32,000 nucleotides of DNA from Crocosphaera subtropica ATCC 51142 (GCF_000017845.1 NC_010546.1:210001-242000), one strand, 5' to 3'; shown: positions 1-9,021, numbered from the stretch's first letter. Notes: a model not told the origin generated them from the sequence alone. Numbers and translations: made by a program.

Positions 1-2
1 CT

Positions 3-644
3 TATGCAATTTTCTTGAATCCCTTATTACCTCTGTTATCAGGATGGGATGTTTTGACTTTATTGAAATCTGATCTTCAAACCCGAAATATTCGGGTTTT
101 TGTCACACAAACCCAAGGTAATCAATTACTAGGAGAACACCGTTGCGCCGATGGATTTATCAAGGTTCCCTCTGATTTAGAAACCCTTAAACAATGTTTA
201 AAACCCGTACAAGCGCTCGTTAACCCTGAAACTCGTTCTTTAACCATTCTGAGTTTAATTCCTAATGTGTCGCAAGGGGATACAGAAACGATACCCCTGA
301 CCTCTAGAGTAGAACGGACTTTAATTGCTCAATTATCTCAGTTCAATCACCGTATATTAGAAGCCGACGATCTTGAACAAGCTTGTCTGTTAGTCAGTGT
401 CTGGGATATTGATGTGATCGTTTTGGATGGACAATTTTTAGATCATCCTCAAGATTATCTGCGATCGCTGGCTCAAAATCCCGACATCTCAACGTTACCC
501 TTAGTCATTTTAGATGTTCCTAGCGCACAGGCAGCTAATACTATAGAAGGGTTATCAGTATTTCCTTGTTTAATTTCTGATAGTAAGCAGCAAATTTCTC
601 AACTTTGGCAAGTGATTGCTATTGCTGCTGATCACCATAATTAA
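3..644 (+). CDS. Response-regulator-like protein, C-terminal fragment (end of one receiver domain plus a second receiver/pseudo-receiver domain); 5' end is outside the window
   Basis: The frame is open from position 3 with no upstream stop, so the TTG at 15 is probably not the real start. 'PLLSGWDVLTLLK' resembles the receiver alpha3 region. The second domain carries 'DVIVLDGQ...LPLVILD' but lacks the N-terminal acidic pair. Confidence 0.6.
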   Translation, partial: YAIFLNPLLPLLSGWDVLTLLKSDLQTRNIRVFVTQTQGNQLLGEHRCADGFIKVPSDLETLKQCLKPVQALVNPETRSLTILSLIPNVSQGDTETIPLTSRVERTLIAQLSQFNHRILEADDLEQACLLVSVWDIDVIVLDGQFLDHPQDYLRSLAQNPDISTLPLVILDVPSAQAANTIEGLSVFPCLISDSKQQISQLWQVIAIAADHHN

Positions 645-914
645 TCAATGCTTCTACTTTGAAGAAGTCTCTAAGCTCTTAAGCATTCAATTTAATTTTA
701 GAATATGTCGTTTAAATGTTGGTTAGCTTAGTAACTTTTGAGAATTGGTATGATTAAGTATCTAATCGTTAAGATAATTTTTACTCAAAAAATTTGTCTT
801 AATTAATTGAAAAAAGTAATTTTTTTCTGACTTTAGGTAGAGTGGTGGCTTCTAAATACTTGTTTAGATGGGAAGTAAGAAAATTTACTTTGTTGTCATT
901 ATTTATAACCGTCT

Positions 915-1310
915 ATGTCACCAGAAGCAAAACCCCCCACAGTAAACCAAACAAGTCTTGAACAAACTCTTCCTATTCCCCCTGAGCAACAAATGCCAGT
1001 GTCTAGCCCTCAAGCTCTGAAACAACGCTTAGAATGGGGTGAACCTGCGTTAACGATTCTCGATGCTCGTGATAATGAATCATTTTTAGAAGAACATATT
1101 ACAGGGGCAATGCTACTGGAATTTGTCGAAGATAGTCTTTCTTCTATGTCTGATGATCGGGATATTTATGTTTATGCAGACGGAGAAGAAAATGCGAAAC
1201 AAGCAGCCGAAAAATTGCGAAATAAAGGTTTTAACCGTGTTTCTCGCATTGAAGGCGGTTTAGCAAACTGGAAAAGCATTGCCGGGCCGACAGAAGGGAG
1301 AGCAGCATAA
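915..1310 (+). CDS. Rhodanese-homology domain protein, predicted catalytically inactive (contains no cysteine)
   Basis: 'LTILDARDNESFLEEHITGA ... IYVYADGEENAKQAAEKLRNKGFNRVSRIEGGLANW' follows the single-domain rhodanese (GlpE-like) pattern. The active-site Cys position holds Ala. Confidence 0.75.
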   Translation: MSPEAKPPTVNQTSLEQTLPIPPEQQMPVSSPQALKQRLEWGEPALTILDARDNESFLEEHITGAMLLEFVEDSLSSMSDDRDIYVYADGEENAKQAAEKLRNKGFNRVSRIEGGLANWKSIAGPTEGRAA

Positions 1311-1457
1311 TTTTCAGTAGTGGTTTGAATCAACCAAATACTATTAGAAGAATTGGGTTAGGTTTTGACTGAATAATTAATAATTCAGGTTTAAAGCCTC
1401 CCCTTTTAATAATTCTCAGTAGCTCAGTGACCAGTGACCGAAAACTAAAGAACATTC

Positions 1458-2255
1458 ATGGAAGAACTCACAGGAAAAAATATTTTAGTGACCGGAGCGA
1501 CTTCTGGTATTGGACAGGCGATCGCAGCGCGTTTAGTGGCTGAAGGTTCTAATGTTGCTTTAAACTATCGTAACGATATTAATAAGCTTGACGATACAAA
1601 AAAGATGATAGAAAAAATGACTTCTAAAATGGATAATAAAGGAGGTCAGTATCTACCTGTGGAAGGGGATGTTTCTGAAGAAAAAGATATCTTGAGAATG
1701 TATGATGAAGTGATAAAAAAATGGGGAAGTTTAGATATTTTAGTTAATAATGCAGGGATTCAAATTTATGATCCCTCTGAGCAAGTGGAAACCGATGATT
1801 TTGATAAGGTAATTAATGTTAATCTTCGGGGGGCTTATCTATGTGCTAGAGAAGCCATTCAACACTTTTTAAACACAGAAAAAAAGGGAATTATTCTTAA
1901 CGTTTCGAGTGTCCATGAAATCATTCCTAGACCTCAATATGTCAGCTATGCTATTAGTAAGGGTGGGATAAAAAGTATGACCCAAACTTTAGCATTAGAA
2001 TATGCTCCCTATGGCATTCGGGTTAATGCGATCGCTCCTGGTGCGACAGATACATCGATTAATGATGATTGGCTTGATGATCCTCAAAAGAAACAAGCAA
2101 TGAAACGTCGTATTCCTTTGGGTAGAGTGGGAACCCCTGAAGAAATGGCAGCAGCGGCAGCTTTTTTAATGTCTGACGAAGCACAATACATAACAGGTCA
2201 AACTCTTTTTATCGATGGTGGAATGACGCTTTATCCGAACTTTTTAAATTCTTGA
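1458..2255 (+). CDS. Short-chain dehydrogenase/reductase (glucose 1-dehydrogenase / 3-oxoacyl-ACP reductase-like)
   Basis: TGATSGIGQAIA Rossmann motif, NNAG, and the S...YAISKGG catalytic Tyr-x3-Lys. Length of 265 aa is typical for the family. Confidence 0.9.
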   Translation: MEELTGKNILVTGATSGIGQAIAARLVAEGSNVALNYRNDINKLDDTKKMIEKMTSKMDNKGGQYLPVEGDVSEEKDILRMYDEVIKKWGSLDILVNNAGIQIYDPSEQVETDDFDKVINVNLRGAYLCAREAIQHFLNTEKKGIILNVSSVHEIIPRPQYVSYAISKGGIKSMTQTLALEYAPYGIRVNAIAPGATDTSINDDWLDDPQKKQAMKRRIPLGRVGTPEEMAAAAAFLMSDEAQYITGQTLFIDGGMTLYPNFLNS

Positions 2256-2290
2256 ATCCGTTGCTTTGAAGATATGAAAAAATTAGGAAA

Positions 2291-2313
2291 CCCCGACTTC
2301 TCAAAAGTCGGGG
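2291..2313. terminator. Bidirectional intrinsic terminator between the convergent SDR gene and rplL
   Basis: Perfect 9-bp stem ccccgactt/aagtcgggg with a 5-nt loop. A-rich on the left (a T-run on the minus strand) and T-containing on the right. Confidence 0.8.
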
Positions 2314-2346
2314 TCGTTGGTTGGCTCGATAACTGTGTGTCAAAAG

Positions 2347-2748
2347 TTACTTGACGCTCACTTTAGCACCCGCTTCTTCGAGTTTCTTCTTGATGTCTTC
2401 AGCATCCTCTTTGCCTGTGCCTTCTTTAATAGGCTTAGGTGTCGATTCAACCATATCTTTAGCTTCTTTTAGCCCTAGGCCGGTGATACCACGAACGACT
2501 TTCAGAATGGCAATTTTCTTATCGCCGGGAACCTCCTCAAGAATAACATCAAATTCGGTTTTCTCTTCTTCGGGTTCAGCAGCAGCCGCCCCTGGGGCGG
2601 CTGCTCCAGGTGCCATCATCATCATGCCACCGGAAGGAGCAGCAGCACTAACACCGAAGGCTTCTTCAATTTGCTTAACCAACTCAGATGCTTCTAAGAG
2701 GGTTAAAGATTTTAGCTTTTCGAGAATTTCATCAGTTGCAGCAGACAT
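2347..2748 (-). CDS. rplL: 50S ribosomal protein L7/L12
   Basis: '[26 protein letters not shown]', an Ala/Pro hinge, and '[24 protein letters not shown]'. AAGGAG Shine-Dalgarno upstream. Confidence 0.98.
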   Translation of the reverse strand: MSAATDEILEKLKSLTLLEASELVKQIEEAFGVSAAAPSGGMMMMAPGAAAPGAAAAEPEEEKTEFDVILEEVPGDKKIAILKVVRGITGLGLKEAKDMVESTPKPIKEGTGKEDAEDIKKKLEEAGAKVSVK

Positions 2749-2822
2749 AATTTAACTCCTTGAAAATGAATGAAAAAAGTGGATAATTGGACAAATAAGA
2801 TAAATGGATTGGGGAATGAGCT

Positions 2823-3389
2823 TTAACCATTCCCTTCTTCTTTGGCGGCCATGGCGGCCATAACACGCCCCAATGAGTTGGGGATGTCGTTGATACCCCG
2901 TCCGATAGAAGTCGGTACTTCGTTGACTCCAACGGCCAACTTGGTGGCGATAGAATTGATCGCTCCCGCTACTTGTCCGATGAGTTCTTCTTTAGACGGT
3001 AAATCAGCGATCGCCTTAACCTGGTCTTCGTTAAGAGCTTGCCCTTGCATAACACCACCGCGAAACTCGGTTTTTTTGGTGTCTTTTTTGAAGGACTGAT
3101 AAGCCCTAACTGCACTACCTACGTCATCTTTGACTAAAACAAAGGCCGATGACCCTTTTAAAAAGTTGGTCATGGGTTCCCATGCTTCGTCCCCGGTAAT
3201 GGCTTGTTCCATTAAGGTGTTTTTTGTCACCTTACAGATCGCACCACTGGGTCGTAGGCGGTTCCGCAGTTCGGTAATTTCAGCAACGGATAGACCTTGA
3301 TAGTCAATCACCATGCCTAATTGTGCCTCACTCAAGAGTTCTTTGAGATCGGCGATAACCGTTGCTTTATTTTCCCTGGTTCTTCCCAT
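2823..3389 (-). CDS. rplJ: 50S ribosomal protein L10
   Basis: 'KATVIADLKELLSEAQLGMVIDYQGLSVAEITELRNRLR' is typical of L10. Strong AAGGAGGTG SD. Position upstream of rplL. Confidence 0.97.
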   Translation of the reverse strand: MGRTRENKATVIADLKELLSEAQLGMVIDYQGLSVAEITELRNRLRPSGAICKVTKNTLMEQAITGDEAWEPMTNFLKGSSAFVLVKDDVGSAVRAYQSFKKDTKKTEFRGGVMQGQALNEDQVKAIADLPSKEELIGQVAGAINSIATKLAVGVNEVPTSIGRGINDIPNSLGRVMAAMAAKEEGNG

Positions 3390-3593
3390 TCTGCTCTCAC
3401 CTCCTTAATTTTGGGAAAAAAATAAACCCCTAGCTTTTTTGCCGGGGCTGAAGTCGAATCCCATCACAAAAATAGTTGGCAAAACCTACTATTTTTCTGG
3501 GTTTTATGGCTTCAGGCTTCAACCTCGGCAGGATATTTAAGCAAGTTCTGCTCCTGCTGTCTTCGGCATAAACCAAAGTTTATTTTTTAGTTG
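3390..3593 (-). promoter_or_regulatory. 204-nt rplA-rplJ spacer, candidate rplJ leader (L10-type autoregulatory region)
   Basis: Unusually long non-coding spacer inside an otherwise tightly packed operon. It contains the attenuator-like hairpin at 3417-3450. By analogy with L10 leaders in other bacteria. Confidence 0.35.
3417..3450 (-). terminator. Terminator/attenuator-like hairpin immediately upstream of the rplJ SD
   Basis: RNA sense: AGCCCC-GGC-AAAAAA-GCU-A-GGGGUU followed by UAUUUUUU, which is about 9 bp with one bulge. The T-run ends 28 nt before the rplJ ATG. Confidence 0.45.
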
Positions 3594-4310
3594 TTAGACT
3601 TGGCCTTCGAGTTTTAAGTCTCGCAAGGCACTAATATCAATTTGAATTGATGGTCCCATCGAAGCAGACACAAACACACTACGCCAGTAGCGACCTTTTG
3701 CCCCAGAAGGGCGTTGTCTATCGATGGTTTCTTGTAAGGCTTTGAGATTAGCCAGCAAGTCTTCGGGGGAAAATGATGCCTTTCCAAACATAACATGAAC
3801 GATGCCGGTTCGGTCAGCCCTAAATTCTAATTTCCCTGCTTTAAATTCGTTAATGGCGGTTTCGAGGTCGGCGGTAACGGTTCCCCCTTTGGGGGATGGC
3901 ATCAAGCCACGAGGACCTAATAAACGCCCTAATTTAGCGACTTTTGGCATCATGTCAGGGGTGGCAATTAAGACCTCAAAATCCATCATTCCTTTTTGGA
4001 TTTCATCAATTAATTCTTCAGATCCAACAATATCAGCCCCTGCGTTACTGGCTTCTTGAACTTTTTCCCCTCTGGCAATAACCGCAACTCTAATTTCTTG
4101 GCCGGTTCCTTTGGGTAAAGAAACGGTTGTCCGTAATTGTTGATCAGTGTATTTAGGATCGATACCAAGACGAATGTGAGCTTCTGCTGATTCGTTAAAT
4201 TTAGCGGTAGCCGTTTCTTTGAGGAGTGTTAAGGCTTCTAACGGCTCGTAGGCTCGATCTTGGTCGACTTTTTCTAAGGCTGCTTTGATTCGTTTTGAGA
4301 GTTTTGGCAT
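3594..4310 (-). CDS. rplA: 50S ribosomal protein L1
   Basis: '[11 protein letters not shown]...[12 protein letters not shown]', '[15 protein letters not shown]' and '[15 protein letters not shown]' are L1 signatures. Confidence 0.98.
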   Translation of the reverse strand: MPKLSKRIKAALEKVDQDRAYEPLEALTLLKETATAKFNESAEAHIRLGIDPKYTDQQLRTTVSLPKGTGQEIRVAVIARGEKVQEASNAGADIVGSEELIDEIQKGMMDFEVLIATPDMMPKVAKLGRLLGPRGLMPSPKGGTVTADLETAINEFKAGKLEFRADRTGIVHVMFGKASFSPEDLLANLKALQETIDRQRPSGAKGRYWRSVFVSASMGPSIQIDISALRDLKLEGQV

Positions 4311-4372
4311 AGTTCCTCCTGGGGTCCTAACGAAGCTTAGCTTCTCCCCTCCTGGGTCAATTTAATGGTTAA
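4311..4372 (-). promoter_or_regulatory. rplK-rplA spacer with a duplicated SD-like box flanking a small hairpin (candidate L1 autoregulatory site)
   Basis: RNA sense: GACCCAGGAGG ... GAAGC-UAA-GCUUC ... GACCCCAGGAGG-N5-AUG. Plus-strand copies lie at 4315-4326 and 4348-4358, the hairpin at 4332-4344. Confidence 0.25.
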
Positions 4373-4798
4373 TTAATCATTGATGGTAACACCCATATTA
4401 CGGGCAGTTCCTTCTACAATGTTCATGGCCGCGTCAATGTCGTTGGCATTGAGGTCGGGCATTTTCGTTTGAGCAATTTCTTTGAGTTGATCACGGCTAA
4501 TACTGCCCACTTTTTGGTTATTGGGTTGGGCCGATCCTTTTTCAATGCCAGCTGCTTTGCGAATTAACACAGAAGCAGGGGGCGTTTTTAGAACAAAGGT
4601 AAAACTGCGATCTTCAAATACTGAAATTTCGACAGGAATGACCATTCCTGCCTGATCAGAGGTTTTGGCATTGTATTCTTTACAAAATGCCATGATGTTG
4701 ACCCCGTGTTGCCCCAAGGCTGGACCAACAGGGGGGGCGGGGTTAGCCTTTCCAGCAGGAAGGGCTAGTTTAATTAAGGCAACAACTTTCTTGGCCAT
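4373..4798 (-). CDS. rplK: 50S ribosomal protein L11
   Basis: '[35 protein letters not shown]' is the canonical L11 N-terminus. Confidence 0.98.
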   Translation of the reverse strand: MAKKVVALIKLALPAGKANPAPPVGPALGQHGVNIMAFCKEYNAKTSDQAGMVIPVEISVFEDRSFTFVLKTPPASVLIRKAAGIEKGSAQPNNQKVGSISRDQLKEIAQTKMPDLNANDIDAAMNIVEGTARNMGVTIND

Positions 4799-4800
4799 CG

Positions 4801-5421
4801 CTAATTTTGCTTCTCAACTTGGTTAAATTCGAGTTCAACTGGGGTATCTCGTCCAAAAATGGAGAGTAACGCCCTGAGTTTGTTTCTTTCAGAACTGACT
4901 TCAACCACTTCCCCTTCAAAATCTTTAAACGGTCCTGAGAGTACCAGAATTTTGTCGCCGATTTCCATATCAATCTTAACAACGGGTTCTGGTTGTTCTG
5001 CTTGCCTAAAGATTCTTTCCACTTCTGATGGACTGAGGGGAAGGGGTTTCACATGACCACGGCCTCTACCATAAGCCCGTCTTTGTTCTGAACCAACAAA
5101 GTTGATGACGTTGGGGGTATTTTTCACCACTAACCAAGCATCATCATCCATGATCATCTTGACTAAAACGTAGCCAGGAAAGACTTTTTCTTCCCCTTGT
5201 TGACGGCTTCCGTCTTTACGGACTTTAACCGTTGGTGTTTTGGGGATCTGAATCTGTAAAATTCGATCCGCTACATCTAGGGTTTGAATCCGTTGTTCTA
5301 AGTTATTTTTGACTCGCTTTTCACAACCAGAGGCTACTTGGACGGCATACCATCGGGCTGCACGTTTGGGCTTTTCTTGCTGTTGTTCTGGTTCAGATGT
5401 GTGATCGTGAGCAAAACTCAT
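4801..5421 (-). CDS. nusG: Transcription termination/antitermination factor NusG
   Basis: '[21 protein letters not shown]', 'FPGYVLVKM' and a KOW region '[21 protein letters not shown]'. I prefer the ATG at 5421 (MSFAHDH), which overlaps the secE stop (TAATG), over the longer track ORF starting at 5445. Confidence 0.93.
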   Translation of the reverse strand: MSFAHDHTSEPEQQQEKPKRAARWYAVQVASGCEKRVKNNLEQRIQTLDVADRILQIQIPKTPTVKVRKDGSRQQGEEKVFPGYVLVKMIMDDDAWLVVKNTPNVINFVGSEQRRAYGRGRGHVKPLPLSPSEVERIFRQAEQPEPVVKIDMEIGDKILVLSGPFKDFEGEVVEVSSERNKLRALLSIFGRDTPVELEFNQVEKQN

Positions 5422-5648
5422 TAAAATACCTTCCCTGATCCCCATGAAAAGAGGTTATCTACAAGATAAATCACAGTTGCTACCAGGCTGACCATCAAAA
5501 TAACCGCAGCGGATTCGCTTAACAGTTGCTGTCTGGATGGCCAAACAACTTTGGCCAGTTCCTCTTTAGTCTCAACAACAAAGTTACTTGCTTTGGTTTC
5601 ACCTTTAGCTTGCTTTGTATCTTTTTTAGATCCTTCTTGTCTAACCAC
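5421..5648 (-). CDS. secE: Preprotein translocase subunit SecE
   Basis: 75 aa. 'ETKEELAKVVWPSRQQL' is followed by a single C-terminal TM helix. Conserved position upstream of nusG. Confidence 0.9.
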   Translation of the reverse strand: MVRQEGSKKDTKQAKGETKASNFVVETKEELAKVVWPSRQQLLSESAAVILMVSLVATVIYLVDNLFSWGSGKVF

Positions 5649-5829
5649 GGTGATCTCTTCTCAACATAAAACGACAGTGTTTAGTTACTACACTGGATGT
5701 TTAATAATTAGGGTAATCTATCCAGTTGAACTCGAACTATCAGTATAACGTAGAATATAGTCTTTTGTTACTAATCTACTAAAATTAGGATAGTTTCCAA
5801 GATTGATGGTTCTTGTTTTTCCGATTAAA

Positions 5830-5903
5830 TCGGAGCGGCGGGATTTGAACCCACGACCCCTACTACCCCAAAGTAGTGCGCTACCAAGCTGCGCTACGCC
5901 CCG
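5830..5903 (-). tRNA. tRNA-Pro (anticodon GGG)
   Basis: The reverse complement folds as CGGGGCG-TA-GCGC-AGCTTGGTA-GCGC-A-CTACT-TTGGGGT-AGTAG-GGGTC-GTGGG-TTCAAAT-CCCGC-CGCTCCG-A. This gives a full cloverleaf with a 7-bp acceptor stem containing one G-U pair and G37. CCA is not encoded. Confidence 0.93.
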
Positions 5904-5917
5904 ATATTCACAGATTC

Positions 5918-5947
5918 TTATTATATACCTATTCTTTGTAAAAAAGC
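5918..5947 (-). promoter_or_regulatory. Possible sigma70-type promoter for tRNA-Pro
   Basis: Minus strand: TTGCTT (5947-5942), 18 nt, then TATAAT (5923-5918). The -10 ends 14 nt before the mature tRNA 5' end. Read-through from the upstream gene is equally possible. Confidence 0.3.
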
Positions 5948-5950
5948 AAG

Positions 5951-6319
5951 TTAAAAGATATTTAATTTTTGAATTTCTTGAGACAATTCTCTAACGACTT
6001 TCGCCGACCAGTTGCCTTCACAGCGACGACCTTGATTTAAAATCACTCGCAAGGAATAAGCATGGGGAAACCCTTCGACTTCTAGCCACAATAATTCGCT
6101 TTCTGCTTCACAAGCTATTCTCTCTTCATCCATCAGTTCTTGACTCATGGAGGTCATTGTTGTGGCTAACTGGTCAAAAAGACGACAAAAATCAATAAAT
6201 TCTGTTTCTGTTAACTCTATTGCCCAATCTTCTCCCCCGATCAACCCAGGATAAGCAGTTTTTTCATTTTTCCATCCTAATCGCCATCCTTGACCTTTTT
6301 TGATTATGCGATCGCTCAT
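5951..6319 (-). CDS. Conserved cyanobacterial hypothetical protein (DUF1818-like, assigned from memory)
   Basis: Intact 122-aa ORF with protein-like composition ('GWRLGW...YPGLIGGEDWAIELTE'). The family assignment is not verified. Confidence 0.6.
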   Translation of the reverse strand: MSDRIIKKGQGWRLGWKNEKTAYPGLIGGEDWAIELTETEFIDFCRLFDQLATTMTSMSQELMDEERIACEAESELLWLEVEGFPHAYSLRVILNQGRRCEGNWSAKVVRELSQEIQKLNIF

Positions 6320-6331
6320 GATTCTGTCCCT

Positions 6332-6955
6332 TTAAGGTGCTAATAATTGAGCATCTCCTGGTTGAGATAAGCTAGGGTTTGAAGGAGTCGATCCCTCTGA
6401 TGAGGTTTCTTCTGTTTCGTTTTCGTTGGGGACAGATTGATTGGTTGTCGGTTGAGATTGAGGATTATAGATTGCGACTAACAAGTCCACTAACTGTTGA
6501 CGTTGGCGACGACTCAGTTGACGAATAACTTCAATATCTTGCGGGAGGGGATTACTTGCCAAGGTTGATCCTGGATAATTAGATTCTCTAATGGATCGAT
6601 TCACCCCTAAATAATCGGCTAAGGTTACTTTCCAGTCTAAACGATATTGAGGAGAACGCCGTTGAAAATCTTTGTGATAACGAATAAAACGACTCATTAA
6701 AGTATGTTCTGGGTCGATTTCCCCCGTTTCAGCACTCCGGTATTCATTTTCTCTAGGAAGATAGGGTAATTTGTTATATATAATTTCTGCTGCTTGTTCA
6801 GGACGCAGGATTTGAGCATTAATTGCTTTCAAACCCCAATCAGTTAGAGAATTAATGTCAAGTTGGGTAACTCCCCAACTCAAAGTGAGACTGAGAAGGA
6901 AAACCCCTAACCATTTTTGTTGGTGTTTGGATAGTTCAATTGTTTTCCTTAACAT
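6332..6955 (-). CDS. Hypothetical exported/membrane-anchored protein with a low-complexity C-terminus
   Basis: The ATG at 6955 (MLRKTIEL...) gives an N-terminal hydrophobic segment 'WLGVFLLSLTLSWGV'. The track start at 6985 is GTG and overlaps the end of rpoZ. No family recognised. Confidence 0.6.
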   Translation of the reverse strand: MLRKTIELSKHQQKWLGVFLLSLTLSWGVTQLDINSLTDWGLKAINAQILRPEQAAEIIYNKLPYLPRENEYRSAETGEIDPEHTLMSRFIRYHKDFQRRSPQYRLDWKVTLADYLGVNRSIRESNYPGSTLASNPLPQDIEVIRQLSRRQRQQLVDLLVAIYNPQSQPTTNQSVPNENETEETSSEGSTPSNPSLSQPGDAQLLAP

Positions 6956-6974
6956 TTTTATCCTACTATCTATA

Positions 6975-7208
6975 CTATACGTCACTAATAATTTCTGGTT
7001 GAGTCAATTCATCCGACATCTCAATGATGGCACGAACGGCTGGTTTCATGTTGGGGTCATCAATACTATCAAATTCTTCATAACGACGGCGTTTCGCTCT
7101 GTTAGCCACTTGGACAGTTATACGATAACGGTTAGATGCTTTATCTAGCAACTCTTGGGCCCGATACATTACTTGAGATGAATCGAAGGTATGTTTTTTT
7201 TGTATCAT
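6975..7208 (-). CDS. rpoZ: DNA-directed RNA polymerase subunit omega (cyanobacterial type)
   Basis: '[23 protein letters not shown]...[21 protein letters not shown]' closely matches the cyanobacterial RpoZ I remember. Confidence 0.9.
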   Translation of the reverse strand: MIQKKHTFDSSQVMYRAQELLDKASNRYRITVQVANRAKRRRYEEFDSIDDPNMKPAVRAIIEMSDELTQPEIISDV

Positions 7209-7342
7209 TGACGTTTTTCCCTGACGAGTATAGGGGAGTAAACTCTTAGCTTAACAGAATTTTTTAGCAATTTGTTACTCAGTAGGCACTTCCCGAAAAA
7301 TTAGGGTTCCCCTCACTGGTTAAGAGAGACTCTATTTTTTTT

Positions 7343-8737
7343 CTAGGATAATTCAAGTTGTTGTTTGGCTCTTTCAACAGCTTGATAAATTTGCTCAAAC
7401 CCTGTCCCTCCGTAACTATTGCGGGCTGCTACTACTTGTTTCGGGGCGATCGCATCATAGATATCTGCTTCAAAGTTAGGATGTAATGCTTGCCATTCTT
7501 CTAGGGTTAAATCTTTTAATAATTTTCCTGATGCTAAGCTGGTTTTAACCACTTTTCCCACTAAATTATAAGCCTCACGGAAAGGAACCCCTTTTGCTGC
7601 TAAATAGTCAGCCACGTCTGTCGCATTAGAAAAGTCTTCAGCCACTGCTTCACTTAATCTCTCTTTACGAAACGTGATCCCTTCTCCTAACAATACAGTC
7701 ATGGCTTCTAAACACCCTTTAACGGTTTTTACCCCGTCAAAGATAGCTTCTTTGTCTTCTTGAAGGTCTTTATTATAGGCTAAGGGTAATCCCTTCATTA
7801 ACACTAACATTCCTTGTAAATGCCCAAAAACTCGCCCTGCTTTGCCTCTGACTAATTCAGGAACATCGGGATTTTTCTTTTGGGGCATAATACTTGATCC
7901 GGTGGCACAACTATCGGTTAGACTGATAAAACCGAACTCCTGAGAAGCCCAGAGAATCATCTCTTCGCTGAGACGACTGAGATGCACCATAATTAAACTG
8001 GCTGCATTAAGAAATTCAATGGCAAAGTCGCGATCGCTGACTCCATCCAAACTATTACCATAGACTTCTTCAAAGCCTAATAATTCTGCACTATAATGGC
8101 GATCAATGGGAAACGTAGTGCCAGCCAAAGCTCCACAGCCCAAAGGAGAAACATTAGTCCGTTGATAAATTTCCCCTAACCGTTCCCAGTCTCGCTGGGC
8201 CATTTGAAAATAAGCGAGAAGATGATGAGCAAGGCTAATAGGTTGGGCCCGTTGTAGATGGGTATAACCAGGGATCAGGGTTTCAACATTTTCTTGAGCA
8301 TGGGTTAATAAGACTTGTTGAAAGGCTTGAATTTGGCTGCGTATTTGTTGAATTTGATCTCGTAAATAGAGACGGATATCGGTTCCGACTTGATCATTGC
8401 GCGATCGTGCGGTGTGGAGTTTTTTTCCTACATCCCCCACTAATTCCGTTAAACGTCTTTCTACGGCAAAGTGAACATCTTCTTGATCAATGCCTGGGGT
8501 AAAATTGCCATCCCGATATTCTTGGCGAATTTGTTCTAATCCATTGACTAATTTTTGGGCTTCTGCTTCGCTGATAATGCCTGTTTTCGCCAACATTTTA
8601 GCGTGGGCGATAGATCCCGTTAAATCGTATTCAATGAGTTCGATATCGAAGGTAATACTAGCATTGAATTCAACAATCGCAGGGTGTAAACTGCCTTCAA
8701 AGCGATCGCTCCAAGTCTTTTTTTGTCTCACGGTCAA
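7343..8737 (-). CDS. argH: Argininosuccinate lyase
   Basis: 'WSDRFEG', 'TARSRNDQV', '[10 protein letters not shown]', and the fumarate-lyase signature '[12 protein letters not shown]'. Confidence 0.97.
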   Translation of the reverse strand: MTVRQKKTWSDRFEGSLHPAIVEFNASITFDIELIEYDLTGSIAHAKMLAKTGIISEAEAQKLVNGLEQIRQEYRDGNFTPGIDQEDVHFAVERRLTELVGDVGKKLHTARSRNDQVGTDIRLYLRDQIQQIRSQIQAFQQVLLTHAQENVETLIPGYTHLQRAQPISLAHHLLAYFQMAQRDWERLGEIYQRTNVSPLGCGALAGTTFPIDRHYSAELLGFEEVYGNSLDGVSDRDFAIEFLNAASLIMVHLSRLSEEMILWASQEFGFISLTDSCATGSSIMPQKKNPDVPELVRGKAGRVFGHLQGMLVLMKGLPLAYNKDLQEDKEAIFDGVKTVKGCLEAMTVLLGEGITFRKERLSEAVAEDFSNATDVADYLAAKGVPFREAYNLVGKVVKTSLASGKLLKDLTLEEWQALHPNFEADIYDAIAPKQVVAARNSYGGTGFEQIYQAVERAKQQLELS

Positions 8738-8778
8738 CCTTTTTTACAAATAAAAATAAATCATTATGTTACTGTCTT

Positions 8779-9021
8779 TTAAGACGTAAAAGTTCGGAAG
8801 ATATATCCGAGAACGAAGCCAATGCCTAATGCCCAAACTTGACCCGACTCAATAAAATTTCTCCAAGATTTCTGCATTTTTTCAATGATCTGGGGATCTT
8901 CTATTTGTTGGGCGAACAAGTGACTGACCTCCATCCAGGGATGATAAAAGAATGATGAAAGGTCTGACCACCGGGAAATATCAATCAAATCTAGGTGAAT
9001 CGTAGGTTCAAACAACAGCAT
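8779..9021 (-). CDS. Small hypothetical protein with a C-terminal TM helix
   Basis: The ATG at 9021 gives an 80-aa product ending in 'VWALGIGFVLGYIFRTF'. The track start at 9057 is GTG. No family recognised. Confidence 0.45.
   Translation of the reverse strand: MLLFEPTIHLDLIDISRWSDLSSFFYHPWMEVSHLFAQQIEDPQIIEKMQKSWRNFIESGQVWALGIGFVLGYIFRTFTS

Noticed and set aside
2256-2346. Absence of rpoB/rpoC downstream of rplL
   Set aside because: This is expected. In cyanobacteria rpoB-rpoC1-rpoC2 is not fused to the rplJL operon, and here a clean bidirectional terminator ends the unit.
2351-2755. 134-aa plus-strand ORF exactly mirroring rplL
   Set aside because: It is antisense to a certain ribosomal protein gene. 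The open frame is a by-product of the Ala/Gly/Glu-rich codon usage of L7/L12, and the translation is low-complexity Ser/Ala with no start context.
2842-5056. Several 65-85-aa antisense or out-of-frame ORFs inside rplJ, rplA, rplK/nusG (2842-3099+, 3614-3796-, 3802-4059+, 4770-4982-, 4859-5056+) and the 66-aa ORF 2732-2932-
   Set aside because: All lie inside or across confidently identified conserved genes, have no recognisable motifs and show odd composition. They are typical shadow ORFs.
5830-5903. Expected a tRNA-Trp here, since a tRNA-Trp precedes secE-nusG in many bacteria
   Set aside because: Folding the sequence gives the anticodon loop UUGGGGU (anticodon GGG, G37) and a CGGGGCG acceptor stem typical of tRNA-Pro. 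It is an ordinary tRNA-Pro and I do not regard the difference as significant without comparative data.
5803-5994. 63-aa plus-strand ORF
   Set aside because: It runs straight through the tRNA-Pro gene on the opposite strand, and a TTG/ATG chance frame explains it.
6855-8753. Plus-strand ORFs 6855-7148 and 8490-8753
   Set aside because: They are antisense to the exported-protein/rpoZ genes and to argH respectively. They are shadow ORFs.
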